Part shown: positions 28,706 through 38,870 of the stretch, piece after piece
Layout: each line of letters opens with the position of its first letter
Numbering within the stretch: position 1 is the first letter of the stretch
Origin: an uncultured Gammaproteobacteria bacterium
GTDB taxonomy: Bacteria; Patescibacteriota; Patescibacteriia; UBA9934
Assembly: GCA_964394565.1 (NCBI GenBank)
Contig: CAYMYA010000002.1
Coordinates: 38,238 to 93,167 of the forward strand
Length of the DNA stretch: 54,930 bases
Direction of reading: 5' to 3'
Notes under the pieces: model-generated
Seen by the model: the letters and a program-made list of their open reading frames with translations, nothing else
Databases searched by the model: none
What the model was told of the DNA's origin: nothing
Made by a program: the position numbers and the translations under genes

Positions 28706-31700
28706 TTACACCTTCACGTTCTCTGCGCCGACCACTTCCCCTACGGCGTCGACGACGGCTTTGGAGAGATCGACGGAATATTCTGTGGTGACTTTTCGTA
28801 TCTGCCCACCGGATTTCACCAAAAGGTACACCGGCGCGCGGCCAGGGTGTGCACGGAAAATGTCGCGAAGCTTGCTAATCATGTCGTGCGTTGGAGATTG
28901 TGGGACGATAATAGAAAGGCCGGAGGAAAGGCCTGGAGCAGCAATGGGAACCTGCGCCTCAGATGGAGCATTCTGCGTAAACACGTCTGGCGTTCCAGAA
29001 GTATCGCTCCACCCCCCACTCCGCAACATCTCGGTCATTGCCGGAATATCTGTTTCCACGAAACTGATCATGCCGTCGACGAGCACAGAATATTCGACCG
29101 TTTCAGATTCTTCTCGCTTCCGCTCAGAAACCTTCCCGGTCACAATCACCATGGCATCTGGAGTCAATCGTGTACGGATCTGCACGAATAACTTTGGGAA
29201 CACCACACACTCAATACTCCCGGAAGGGTCTTCCAGACGCACAAACGCCATGGGCTCATTTTTCTTCTTGGTAAAAATCTGCTTCACCGCGCTAATCACG
29301 CCAGCCACCTTCACTATCGCGCCATCGTCGTACCCCGGAATCGCACTCGCTTTGTTCACGTACGGCATGAACTGTTCATAAAACAACGTTGCGGGGTGCG
29401 ATGAAACGTACAGCCCCAGCAACTCCTTTTCCCACGTGAGCAACAAACTCGACGGCATCGCATCAATATGTCGCAACTCTACTTTTTGTTCCACAATCGA
29501 CGTGCTCATGTCGAACAACGATGTTTGATTCCGCGCCTGCTCGTGCTGCACGTGTTTGTTGTACAACACGAGTGTATCGAGATTCCCGATGAGCTGTGAG
29601 CGGTCGCCAAATCGATCAAACGCACCGGACTTCACCAACGCTTCGAGTGTCTTTTTATTAAACGCATTGGAACGCACGCGCCCAAGCACGTCCGCCAAAT
29701 CCACATACGTTCCGTTCCGCTTGCGCTCCCGCACAATTTCCTCCGCAATTTCGCTCCCAACATTTTTAATCGCCGAAAGTCCCCAGCGTATATTCTTTGT
29801 GTCTTTCACCACGGCAAACCCCGCAAACGATTCGTTCACATCCGGCGCCATGACGGTAAGTCCCATGCGCTGGCATTCTTCCACTTCAATGGTAATGCGA
29901 TCAATATTCCCTGCATCCGAATTCATGAGCGCAGCCATAAACTCCGCCGGGTAATGTGCCTTCAAGTACGCCGTGCGGTACGCAATCATGGCGTAGCACG
30001 CCGCATGAGACTTATTAAACCCGTATGCAGCAAAATCTTCGAGCTTTTGGAACACCGCACCAGCAACTGCTTCTTTCACCCCATTTTTTACGGATCCTTC
30101 AATAAACTTCACCTTCATTTTCGCCATCAGCTCCGCGATCTTTTTTCCCATGGCCTTCCGGAGCGTATCTGCTTCACCACCGGTAAACCCTGCCATGTCT
30201 TTAGAAACTTGCATGACTTGCTCTTGATACACAGGGATTCCATACGTTTCGCGGAATGCGTTCTCCATGAGCGGGTGCTCGTACACTACCTTTTCTATGC
30301 CGTGCTTTCGCCGAATAAAACTTTCAATAAACTGCATTGGCCCTGGGCGGTACAGCGATACCATAGCGATAATATCCTCAAACGCGCTTGGCTTGAGCTC
30401 CTTAATGTACCGCTTCATGCCGTCGGATTCCAACTGAAACACGCCCGTCGTTTCGCCACGTCCCAGCAAATCAAACGTCATCGCGTCATCGAGTGGCGCG
30501 TTATCCAAATCAACCTTTACATGATGCACGGCTTCGATAATCTCAAGTGCGTCCTCGATAACCGTTAAGTTGGATAATCCGAGGAAGTCCATTTTGACGA
30601 GCCCAGCAGCTTCCGCAGAGTTCAACGAATACTGGGTGACGAGTGCCATGTCTTCGTGCTGGCCTTGCTGCAACGGCACGCGCTGCACAAGCGGCCGGTC
30701 GCCGATCACGATTCCGCATGCGTGTTGCGACGCATGGCGTGGGTTACCCTCAAGCTTCATCGCGAGATCCACCACCCGGCGTGCCATGGGGTTGCCGTTA
30801 TACATTGCCGTGAAATCTGGCGCTTCCACAATCGCTTGCTTGAGCGGCGTGTGTTTGCCCTGAATTGGCGGCGGGATGACTTTTGCAATCACGTCCGCTT
30901 CCTGAAACGAAAGCCCGAGCACGCGGGCAGCATCGCGTACCGCAGCGCGCGGCATGAGTGTTCCGAAGGTGATGATACCGGCGACGTGATCGGCGCCGTA
31001 CTTCTGCGTCACGTACTCCAACACTTTTCCGCGGCCACGATCCGCAAAGTCCGTGTCGATATCCGGGAGCGACACCCGGTCTGGGTTTAAGAAACGCTCA
31101 AACAGTAACCCGTATCGGAGTGGTTCGATATCCGTGATACGAAGTGCGTAAGCAACAATCGATCCCGCTGCAGATCCGCGCCCCGGCCCCACGAGCACGC
31201 CGTTGTTCTTCGCCCACACAATATAATCTTGCACGATCAAAAAGTAGGATGGAAAACCCATCTTCATGATCACGCCATACTCATACGCAAACCGCTCCAT
31301 CACGTTTTCCGGAATAGGGTCTACATATCGCTCTTTCAATCCCTGAATACACAATTCACGAAACACCTCCGCCTCCGTCTTCCCTTCTGGCAACGGAAAA
31401 ATTGGCAGAAAATTATTCCCGAGCTCCATGTGAAAATCAATTCTGTCCGCAATCTTCCGCGTGTTCTCAGCCGCCTCTGGCACGTCAGCGAACGCCGCGA
31501 TGGTTTCTTCTGGTGTGCCAAAAGAAAGATCAACGTCGTCCGTGGATGTTCGACGGAATTCCTCCAACGTTCTGCCGCGCTGAATACACAGCTGCGCTTC
31601 GTACCCCTCACGATCTTCCGGTTCTAAATAAAACACGTTGCGCGTGGCGACGAGTTTTGCACCCGTCTTTTTTGCGAGCACTCGGAACCCATCGTTCACA

Positions 31701-32263
31701 TCCACCTGTCGCGGCATGTCTGGGTGGTTAATGAGTTCAAGGAAGAAATTTTCTTGGCCGAAAATATCCTGGTACTCGCCGACAAGCTTCTCCGCCTTCT
31801 CATGTTCGTCGCCTAAAAATGCATGCGCAATTTCTCCACTCACGCTGCCGGATAGCGCAATGAGCCCCTTGGCATGCATGCGCAAAAAGGCTTTGTCGAC
31901 ACGCGGCTTGTAATAGAACCCTTCCAAGTATGCTGCCGAAACGATCGCACAGAGGTTGCGATATCCTTCTTCGTTCTCGACGAGCAACACGAGTCGATAC
32001 GGCCGGTCGTCAATACGCGGCCGGCGATCCGTCATGCCGTGCTGGGCAACATAAATATCCGCCCCAATAATCGCCTTCATTTCGGCGTCCTTGCACGCTT
32101 TGTAAAACTCAACCGCACCGTACAGCGCCCCGTTATCCGTCAATGCAATCGCATTCATGCCGAGCGCCTTTGCACGCGCAACAAGCGCCTTGGGCTTCGG
32201 CAAGGCTTCGAGCAGCGAATAATGGCTGTGGTTATGCAAATAAACGAAATTCTTCGGATCCAT
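28706..32263 (-). CDS. dnaE: DNA polymerase III alpha subunit.
   Basis: 1185 aa. PHP domain FVYLHNHSHYSLLEA.., ..GPGRGSAAGS.., ..FNKSHAACYA... Confidence 0.97.
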   Translation of the reverse strand: MDPKNFVYLHNHSHYSLLEALPKPKALVARAKALGMNAIALTDNGALYGAVEFYKACKDAEMKAIIGADIYVAQHGMTDRRPRIDDRPYRLVLLVENEEGYRNLCAIVSAAYLEGFYYKPRVDKAFLRMHAKGLIALSGSVSGEIAHAFLGDEHEKAEKLVGEYQDIFGQENFFLELINHPDMPRQVDVNDGFRVLAKKTGAKLVATRNVFYLEPEDREGYEAQLCIQRGRTLEEFRRTSTDDVDLSFGTPEETIAAFADVPEAAENTRKIADRIDFHMELGNNFLPIFPLPEGKTEAEVFRELCIQGLKERYVDPIPENVMERFAYEYGVIMKMGFPSYFLIVQDYIVWAKNNGVLVGPGRGSAAGSIVAYALRITDIEPLRYGLLFERFLNPDRVSLPDIDTDFADRGRGKVLEYVTQKYGADHVAGIITFGTLMPRAAVRDAARVLGLSFQEADVIAKVIPPPIQGKHTPLKQAIVEAPDFTAMYNGNPMARRVVDLAMKLEGNPRHASQHACGIVIGDRPLVQRVPLQQGQHEDMALVTQYSLNSAEAAGLVKMDFLGLSNLTVIEDALEIIEAVHHVKVDLDNAPLDDAMTFDLLGRGETTGVFQLESDGMKRYIKELKPSAFEDIIAMVSLYRPGPMQFIESFIRRKHGIEKVVYEHPLMENAFRETYGIPVYQEQVMQVSKDMAGFTGGEADTLRKAMGKKIAELMAKMKVKFIEGSVKNGVKEAVAGAVFQKLEDFAAYGFNKSHAACYAMIAYRTAYLKAHYPAEFMAALMNSDAGNIDRITIEVEECQRMGLTVMAPDVNESFAGFAVVKDTKNIRWGLSAIKNVGSEIAEEIVRERKRNGTYVDLADVLGRVRSNAFNKKTLEALVKSGAFDRFGDRSQLIGNLDTLVLYNKHVQHEQARNQTSLFDMSTSIVEQKVELRHIDAMPSSLLLTWEKELLGLYVSSHPATLFYEQFMPYVNKASAIPGYDDGAIVKVAGVISAVKQIFTKKKNEPMAFVRLEDPSGSIECVVFPKLFVQIRTRLTPDAMVIVTGKVSERKREESETVEYSVLVDGMISFVETDIPAMTEMLRSGGWSDTSGTPDVFTQNAPSEAQVPIAAPGLSSGLSIIVPQSPTHDMISKLRDIFRAHPGRAPVYLLVKSGGQIRKVTTEYSVDLSKAVVDAVGEVVGAENVKV

Positions 32264-32363
32264 GGCAGTACGGTATCAGAAGTGCGCAAAAGATGTGTGT
32301 GGACAGTCGACCCCTCCTCACACCCCTAATTTTATGCTAGCGTTTTCTTGCATTCCGCAACCG

Positions 32364-32380
32364 TTGAGCGCAACGCTCAA
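32364..32380 (+). promoter_or_regulatory. Perfect palindrome (possible operator) upstream of the 32396 ORF.
   Basis: TTGAGCG-CAA-CGCTCAA lies 16 nt upstream of the start codon, just before AAGGTGA (32386-32392). Confidence 0.3.
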
Positions 32381-32395
32381 CACACAAGGTGACTC

Positions 32396-32884
32396 ATGGC
32401 CACGCGCCTCCCCAGCATCGCCTACGTCCGTAACCTCCTCCACACCCAACTGGACGAACCAACTCAGCGCGATCTCCACACGTGGAACGCTGTCAAGGCG
32501 CTCGTCCGCGTGTGGCGGTTTGCAGACCCCATAGATATGCCTCTATGGAGCATGCCTCTCATGATCTGGATCGGGATCGCGGTGAGCGTCGTCGCTCACA
32601 AATCAGCCCTGGGAAGCGAGTTCTCTCTGCAAGACTGCTGGTGGAGCATCGGACTGTTGGCATTCGCAGTCTATACCGCTCTGACGGCACTGATCATCTG
32701 GGCAGATCAGCGGGATCTCGGAACGAGATACCCTGTCGAGCTCGCCATAATACGAGGCGACCCGCTATACGCTATCGGCACTTGGCGCCTGAGTCCCGAA
32801 CCTCCAGCACAGGAGAACGTGCGACGCTTCCGCTGCCCAGGGCTGAGGTCGCCCTTGGATCCCCCCGTAGCATGGGACGGGTGA
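32396..32884 (+). CDS. GC-elevated orphan membrane protein (162 aa, 2 TM).
   Basis: SD-like AAGGTGA lies 3 nt upstream. TM segments are MPLMIWIGIAVSVVAH and WWSIGLLAFAVYTALTALIIW. Third positions are G/C-biased. An imperfect GC hairpin plus GCTTTTGCGTTT lies downstream. Confidence 0.6.
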   Translation: MATRLPSIAYVRNLLHTQLDEPTQRDLHTWNAVKALVRVWRFADPIDMPLWSMPLMIWIGIAVSVVAHKSALGSEFSLQDCWWSIGLLAFAVYTALTALIIWADQRDLGTRYPVELAIIRGDPLYAIGTWRLSPEPPAQENVRRFRCPGLRSPLDPPVAWDG

Positions 32885-32993
32885 TCGGCACCCCGTACGA
32901 AAGTCCAGTTCGCTGTCCGCCGGTACGCGGTGGACGGCAGCTGGGCTTTTGCGTTTGGAGCGGGTGCGACGTTCCGTGCTACACTCTCTGCAT

Positions 32994-33263
32994 ATGTTGG
33001 AATCCAAAGATATTCTGTACATGGTGCTCGCGTTTTGTGCGCTGTGGTTTACCGCCTTTCTGTGCTTTGCGCTGTACCATATCGCCACGTTCATGAAGCG
33101 CATGCAAGAGTTATCTCATCATGCCCAAGGTAAATTTGATGAACTCATGCAAAGCGTGAACAGTATCCGCATGAAAATTGAAGGTCACGTGAGCGCCATC
33201 ACCAACATCGGCGACGGGATCCGGAAAATCATGGAAGCGATACGGAATAGGGATCGCGAGTAG
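32994..33263 (+). CDS. Small membrane-anchored coiled-coil protein (89 aa).
   Basis: M16 of ORF 32949..33263 (MLESKDILYMVLAFCALWFTAFLCFALY..). TACACT lies 8 nt upstream of the ATG. Confidence 0.5.
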   Translation: MLESKDILYMVLAFCALWFTAFLCFALYHIATFMKRMQELSHHAQGKFDELMQSVNSIRMKIEGHVSAITNIGDGIRKIMEAIRNRDRE

Positions 33264-33330
33264 AGTAATATTATAGCCCACCCACAAAAAAACGGCATCA
33301 AGGCTGTGTTTTTGTGTGGAGAGATATTTA

Positions 33331-33633
33331 CTATATCAGTCTCACGCTGCGTTCTAAACGCGATATTTTCACATCATGATCGTCAATCTGCGGGAGAAGC
33401 GCAGAGGCGATGAAGTCGGTGATTTCGCTGATGACGCGGTGTTCTGATGCGCGGATGAGGGAGTGCACTTCGTCTCGAATGTCTCGACGAAGGATTTCGT
33501 TATTTTCTGTAATCATTCCACGCATTTCTTGGCGAAGCTCACGCCGAAGAACGGCGTTATTCACTTCGTTGTTCTCTCGAAGCATTATTTCGAACATCTC
33601 ACGAAGTGCCTTGAAATCGTTTTTCTCTAACAT
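33331..33633 (-). CDS. Small coiled-coil protein, paralogue of 52353..52616.
   Basis: MLEKNDFKALREMFE......LLPQIDDHDVKISRLERSVRLI. The N- and C-terminal blocks are shared with the 52353 protein. Confidence 0.6.
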   Translation of the reverse strand: MLEKNDFKALREMFEIMLRENNEVNNAVLRRELRQEMRGMITENNEILRRDIRDEVHSLIRASEHRVISEITDFIASALLPQIDDHDVKISRLERSVRLI

Positions 33634-33705
33634 AGCGTGTTGAATAAAGAATTGCTGGGGAGCATTCTTTTTTTTGTGTCGCAGGGTTTCTTTATGCTAT
33701 CAAAC

Positions 33706-36096
33706 TTATCCGCGTACAATTCCGTCAACGCGGAGCGCGAGTTCACGGGTGACGGTGGCGAGAACGCCGTCAATATCTTCTGCGGTGAGTGTGCGGTCTG
33801 GCGCGAGCATGGTGACCGAAATCGTCATACTCTTCTTCCCCGCAGGAATCCCTTCGCCGCGATAATTTTCGACAATATCACACGCGGTCACGAGCGACCC
33901 AGAACCACACACCACGTCGTGCACCTTTTTAAACTCAGTGCGCTCATCCACAAGAATCGCGATATCACGACGCGCCGCAGGGAACACCGGAACGGGCCGA
34001 TACATATGCGTGACATGCATTGCAGGCAACAATGCTTCGAGATCAATCGTCGCCAACATGACCGACCGATTAAGACCAAATGCCTGCTGGAACTCGGGCG
34101 CAATCTGCCCAAGCATACCCACTTTCACCCCATCACAATGCACAGAAACGGTGCGGCCAGCATGCCAATGGCTGTCCGCAGATTCCCGCTCAAACATAAA
34201 CACAACACCAACACGCGCCGCAAATGATTCGAGGAGTCCACGCAAATCCATGTATGTTTGTTCTGCAGATTCTGTTCCATACGCTCCCACAATCATGCAT
34301 AATCGTTCATCGGGCAAGTCCCCCGCTCTTGGCACGTACACTCGCGCCACCTCAAACACCTTTGCGGTTGGCGACATGGCCTGATTTCGCTCAATCGCGC
34401 GAAGTAACGAGGGCACCAGCGTTGGACGTAAATGCGTTAAATCAGCAGTCAATGGATTCATGACACCCATAGCATCCTTGGGGCTGATACCGTAGGATTC
34501 AAGATCCGCAACGCTCACCAAAGAATTACTAAAACATTCTGTGTATCCCCGTTCGGCGAGCATATGCTTTACCCATGATTCCCATAATAACGACGGGTCA
34601 TCAATACCTCCCGGTAACCGGCTCGCCGGCAACACGGCAGGCATATTGTGATAGCCGTACATGCGAGCAATTTCTTCGGTAAAATCCACTTCACTTTCAA
34701 TATCATCTTCACGCCAATATGGCACCGTTACACGGTACGCGGAGGATTTCGCCTCAACCATAAAACCAAGATTGCGCAATATTGCAACTTGCGTTTCATC
34801 ATCGATCTCCACACCAATGCGTGCGCGAACTTTCTTTGGGCGAAATGGGTATGTTTTTGGCTTCCTCGGCTTCGGGTAGACATCAATCACCTGCTGCACG
34901 GCGCCACCGGCGATATCCCGTGCGAGCTCTATAGCACGTGCAAGCGCACGCGGCAGCGCCCCCGGCGATAACCCTTTTTCGTACAATACTTGCGCATCTG
35001 AAGTAGCATCCACCAAGCGCGCACCACGTCGAATCGCCGATGCATCAAATGTCGCAGCCTCAAAGATCACGGTTGTGGTGTCTTCCGTTGTACCTGATTC
35101 CTTTCCACCCATAATGCCCGCCAGCGCAAGAAGGCGGTTTGCATCCGCAATGACAATATGTGATGCATCAAGTTTTACCGTTTTTCCATCAAGCAATACG
35201 AACGATTCTCCGCGCTGTCCTTTGCGTACCACAATCTGTTTCCCGCCAATATTCGACGCATCAAATGCATGCAGCGGTTGCCCAAGCTCCAAGCGCACGT
35301 AATTCGTAATATCGACAATCGTGTTAATCGGCTTGTGCCCAGCAAGGAGCAAACGCTTTTGCATCCACCATGGCGACGGACCGTTTTTCACGCCCGTCAC
35401 CACTGCGGCCATATAGCGCTCGCACCGTTTATCATCGATGGTGACGGAAAACTCCCCAACCTGATGGACAAGAGGAAGATTCGACGTCGCGGACTGTTCT
35501 ATAAATTCCCCCTTCACCGCAACAGCCGCTTCACGCGCAAGGCCGATCATGCCCATTGCATCCGGTCTATTCGTCGTCACTTCAATGTCAAATATCGTAT
35601 CATCCAATCCAAGCGCCTCCGCAATCGGCGTCCCCGCCTTCGCTTCCGTCACATGCGTGAGATCCCAAATTTCGTGATCACCAACTTTTACTGCATCAAA
35701 ACCAACTTCCGAAGGTGCGCAAATCATGCCATCACTTTCAACACCACGGATTGTCGCCTTTTCGAGCACGGTCCAATCTGTCGCACCATGCCAACGAACC
35801 TTCGCGCCCACACACGCCACGAGAACCTTCATGCCCACCGCAACATTCGTTCCCCCACATACGACGACCGAACTTCGTGATCCAAGATCCAACGTCACCA
35901 CACGCAACCGGTCTGCGTTAGGATGTGCGTCTAATTGCGTCACGATACCAACCACCATGCCCGCAAACTGTTCACGAAGATACGTAAGAGTCTCCACACT
36001 CATGGATCGCAACGAGAATTCCTTCGCAAATTCTTCCGGCGAAAGATCTGTTTTGACGTATTCTTTCAACCAATTGTAGGACGCGAGAATATTCAT
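33706..36096 (-). CDS. pheT: Phenylalanine--tRNA ligase beta subunit.
   Basis: 796 aa. MNILASYNWLKEYV.., a tRNA-binding domain, and B3/4 and B5 blocks. Lies directly after pheS. Confidence 0.95.
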   Translation of the reverse strand: MNILASYNWLKEYVKTDLSPEEFAKEFSLRSMSVETLTYLREQFAGMVVGIVTQLDAHPNADRLRVVTLDLGSRSSVVVCGGTNVAVGMKVLVACVGAKVRWHGATDWTVLEKATIRGVESDGMICAPSEVGFDAVKVGDHEIWDLTHVTEAKAGTPIAEALGLDDTIFDIEVTTNRPDAMGMIGLAREAAVAVKGEFIEQSATSNLPLVHQVGEFSVTIDDKRCERYMAAVVTGVKNGPSPWWMQKRLLLAGHKPINTIVDITNYVRLELGQPLHAFDASNIGGKQIVVRKGQRGESFVLLDGKTVKLDASHIVIADANRLLALAGIMGGKESGTTEDTTTVIFEAATFDASAIRRGARLVDATSDAQVLYEKGLSPGALPRALARAIELARDIAGGAVQQVIDVYPKPRKPKTYPFRPKKVRARIGVEIDDETQVAILRNLGFMVEAKSSAYRVTVPYWREDDIESEVDFTEEIARMYGYHNMPAVLPASRLPGGIDDPSLLWESWVKHMLAERGYTECFSNSLVSVADLESYGISPKDAMGVMNPLTADLTHLRPTLVPSLLRAIERNQAMSPTAKVFEVARVYVPRAGDLPDERLCMIVGAYGTESAEQTYMDLRGLLESFAARVGVVFMFERESADSHWHAGRTVSVHCDGVKVGMLGQIAPEFQQAFGLNRSVMLATIDLEALLPAMHVTHMYRPVPVFPAARRDIAILVDERTEFKKVHDVVCGSGSLVTACDIVENYRGEGIPAGKKSMTISVTMLAPDRTLTAEDIDGVLATVTRELALRVDGIVRG

Positions 36097-36097
36097 A

Positions 36098-37165
36098 CTA
36101 GAATTGAGTCAAAAAACGAAGATCGTTTTTGTATAATGTACGAATATCATCGATGTTTATCCCAGAACGCATCATCATAGTGCGCTCAACGCCCCACCCA
36201 AATGCGAACCCGTTGTATTTCTCCGGATCAAGTCCTCCGGCTTTCAGGACATTCGGGTGCACCATGCCAGCACCACCTAACTCAAGCCAGCCTTCCTTAC
36301 ATAATTTGCATTTCGCGCCGTCAACTTTCCCAATACCGTTACACACGCTACACGACACATCCAATTCAAAACTCGGCTCCGTGAAACGGAAATGGTATGG
36401 ACGCAAGCGTGTCGCACGATCAGGTCCAAAATATTGCCGCACGAAATGATCAAATACACCCTTTAATTCCGTCACCGTGACGTGTTCATCGATCATGAGT
36501 CCTTCGAACTGGTGGAACATCGACAAATGTCGCGCAGAAGATTGACGACGATAACATTTTCCAATTGAAATCATGCGAATCGGCAACGTCCCCTTTTCCA
36601 TCTCCCGCACCTGTCCGTTCGATGTGTGCGGCGTGAGTACTACTTTTCCACGCTCTCCCGTCATCACGTTTTCACCATCCGCGATAAAAAAAGTTTCCCA
36701 GTCATCGCGTGCTGGGTGATCCTTTGGCATGTTTAAAGATTCGAACGCGTAATAATCCCAATCCACTTCTGGGTGATGCGCGCGCACAAAACCCAAGTGT
36801 GAAAAGACGCGCGAAATTTCATCAATCGCCTGCGTCGTAAGGTGCAAATGCCCAATTTCTGGTGTCGCACCCGGCAATGTCACATCAATCCATTCCTGTG
36901 CATCTTTCAATACTTTTTCTGCTGCCATCACGCGCGATTCTGCCGCAGCAAATGCTCCGTCAAGCGTGCGCTTCACTTCATTCGCCGCCTTTCCGGCTTC
37001 CCGACGTTCGTCGTCGGAAAGCGCAGAAAGGTCTTTCATGGCTTCTGCCATTCTGCCTTTTCGCCCCATAAACTCAATGCGCGCCGTTTCAAGATCCGTC
37101 GCGGTCTGCACCGTCGAAAATGCCGCAAGGGCATCTGCACGTAATTTCTGGAATACATCAGTCAT
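36098..37165 (-). CDS. pheS: Phenylalanine--tRNA ligase alpha subunit.
   Basis: ..FESLNMPKDHPARDDWETFF.., ..GFAFGWGVERTMM... The start is taken at MTDVFQKLR (M11 of ORF 36098..37195). The upstream ATG at 37195 is an alternative. Confidence 0.93.
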   Translation of the reverse strand: MTDVFQKLRADALAAFSTVQTATDLETARIEFMGRKGRMAEAMKDLSALSDDERREAGKAANEVKRTLDGAFAAAESRVMAAEKVLKDAQEWIDVTLPGATPEIGHLHLTTQAIDEISRVFSHLGFVRAHHPEVDWDYYAFESLNMPKDHPARDDWETFFIADGENVMTGERGKVVLTPHTSNGQVREMEKGTLPIRMISIGKCYRRQSSARHLSMFHQFEGLMIDEHVTVTELKGVFDHFVRQYFGPDRATRLRPYHFRFTEPSFELDVSCSVCNGIGKVDGAKCKLCKEGWLELGGAGMVHPNVLKAGGLDPEKYNGFAFGWGVERTMMMRSGINIDDIRTLYKNDLRFLTQF

Positions 37166-37198
37166 AAATACAACACGTCGCTGAACGCTCAGCATTCA

Positions 37199-38281
37199 TT
37201 AAAATACATGCACAATATCCTTCACCGTCACCACAAGCACCAGAAGGAGCAAGAACGCAAACCCCACGGCATGCACCCCTTGCTCAAATGCCGGAGTCGC
37301 GCGTTTACGGCGGATTGCTTCGTACAATAAGAATACCAAACGGCCACCATCCAGCGCCGGAAACGGCAAAATGTTAATCACCGCAAGATTAATAGAAAGC
37401 ATTGCCGCAAACTGCACCAAATGCGATACGCCGAGTGAGGCGACCTGACCGGTAAGTACCGCGATGCCGACGGGACCAGATATGTTTGCCGCAACGTCAG
37501 ACTTACTGAACATACCCGTAATCATCCCACCAAATGCCGCAAGGACATCGCGCGTAGCAACAAACGTCGCCTGAAGTCCCTTTCCCGGAGCTTCAAACCA
37601 CGGGTACCGCACAAATCCCGTTTCCACAATTGCTACGCCAACGCCCTCGCGCCCAAGCTCCGCAACGTACATCGGCGTCACCGTCATCGTTTGCGTTTCC
37701 CCGTGCCGAGCAACCGTGATGGTCAGTGGCGATCCATCACTGTTTGGCGCAAGAGCATCCCGCGCTTCCGTTCCGGAAGTGTATGAAATACCATCAATCG
37801 CAAGCAAGCGATCGCCCAATTGCATGCCAGAAAGATCAGCGGCAGAACCGGGAAGAATATCCACAACACTAATGGTGCGATCAGATACCACTGCACCAGT
37901 TTCCACATCGCCCTCCACAACAGACGGAAGTCCGAACGCAAACCCGGCGGTAAACAAACCCCATGCAAGCACTAAGTTCATCACCACACCCGCAACAACC
38001 ACAGCAAAACGTTTCCACCACCCTTGGCTCGCAAAACTATCTGGTGCATGCACGTCGCCATCGGACTCCCCCTTCATTTTGACAAATCCGCCAAGCGGAA
38101 TGAGGTTCACGCTCCACAACGTGCCTTTTTTGCTTTTCCACCCAAATATTCTTGGCGGAAAACCAACACCAAATTCCTCCACCGTTATACCAGAACGACG
38201 CGCCGCAAAGAAATGTCCCCACTCGTGCACAAGAACTAAAACGGAAAGGAGTACGAGGAACAGAAGGATGGTCCAAAACAT
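37199..38281 (-). CDS. rseP: Site-2 (M50) zinc metalloprotease RseP.
   Basis: ORF is trimmed to M43 (MFWTILLFLVLLSVLVLVHEWGHFFAARR, HExxH in TM1). PDZ region present. ..NILPFPALDGG... TACACT lies 9 nt upstream of the ATG. Confidence 0.9.
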   Translation of the reverse strand: MFWTILLFLVLLSVLVLVHEWGHFFAARRSGITVEEFGVGFPPRIFGWKSKKGTLWSVNLIPLGGFVKMKGESDGDVHAPDSFASQGWWKRFAVVVAGVVMNLVLAWGLFTAGFAFGLPSVVEGDVETGAVVSDRTISVVDILPGSAADLSGMQLGDRLLAIDGISYTSGTEARDALAPNSDGSPLTITVARHGETQTMTVTPMYVAELGREGVGVAIVETGFVRYPWFEAPGKGLQATFVATRDVLAAFGGMITGMFSKSDVAANISGPVGIAVLTGQVASLGVSHLVQFAAMLSINLAVINILPFPALDGGRLVFLLYEAIRRKRATPAFEQGVHAVGFAFLLLLVLVVTVKDIVHVF

Positions 38282-38299
38282 AGTACGTACAGTGTACAG

Positions 38300-38870
38300 A
38301 AATTGAAGACGCTCGGCCACACCGCGTACCGGGGGCCGAGCGTCAGCTGGAAAGAGTGTCCACGCTAGGGCGCGTGATTTTGCGGGCAGAGCCCTGTCAC
38401 CGCACACCGTGCGCAGCGCAGGAGCTCAGGCGGCCCCCGCGCGGTCACGTGCCTGCGCGTTCCGCACTCCCCCAACTCTCGTTACGCGACGACGTCGCGT
38501 GAGCGCATATTCATCAAGTTTCGTTTCGGATCGCCCGATGAAACCGATTGGTAAAAGATACCATACGTCTCTATATCTTACAAATTCCCAGGAAACTAGG
38601 CATAAAAAAGAAGCGAGGTGGTGCTATAAATCCTTGACCTCGGGGCCCGGCCGTCTCCTGGACGGCCGGGCGTGGCGTGGGCGGGAACAGGCTTCGTCCC
38701 GCCCGTCGTGGTTGTGGATCCCCCGCAGCTTCCGCTGACGGGGAGTTGGCCGAGTCGGGCTCGGCAGGGAAAGGCCGGTATGACTACGCGGTGGCGAACA
38801 TAAGCACCTCTCATCCCCGATGATCGGGATGCGGCTCTGTCCCTTCGCACCGAAAAAAAACTTGACGGGC
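38300..38870. other. ORF-free, GC-rich, hairpin-dense segment. It could be a structured ncRNA or a decayed insert; its identity is unknown.
   Basis: Perfect GC stems at 38308-38318/38334-38344 (11 bp), 38646-38655/38661-38670 (10 bp) and 38679-38686/38697-38704 (8 bp). A 7+1+7 palindrome CGCGACGaCGTCGCG lies at 38485-38499. Only low-complexity ORFs are present in any frame. Confidence 0.3.

Noticed and set aside
33634-33705. Hairpin AGAATTGC..GCATTCT plus T8 between pheT and the small coiled-coil gene, considered as an independent regulatory RNA.
   Set aside because: It is an imperfect stem with an A-run on one side and a T-run on the other, in a tail-to-head spacer. The simplest reading is an ordinary terminator for pheST.
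38590-38870. Possible RNase P RNA, tmRNA, SRP RNA or tRNA. For example, GGAGTTGGCCGAGTCGG looks like a class II tRNA D-arm, and GGGAAAGGCCGG looks like the P4 strand GGAAAGUCCGG.
   Set aside because: There is no T-arm (GTTCGAATC-like), no 3' P4 partner (ACAGAACCCGGCUUA-like), no tag ORF or acceptor, and no GGAA-capped SRP helix. The resemblance is limited to short GC-rich strings.
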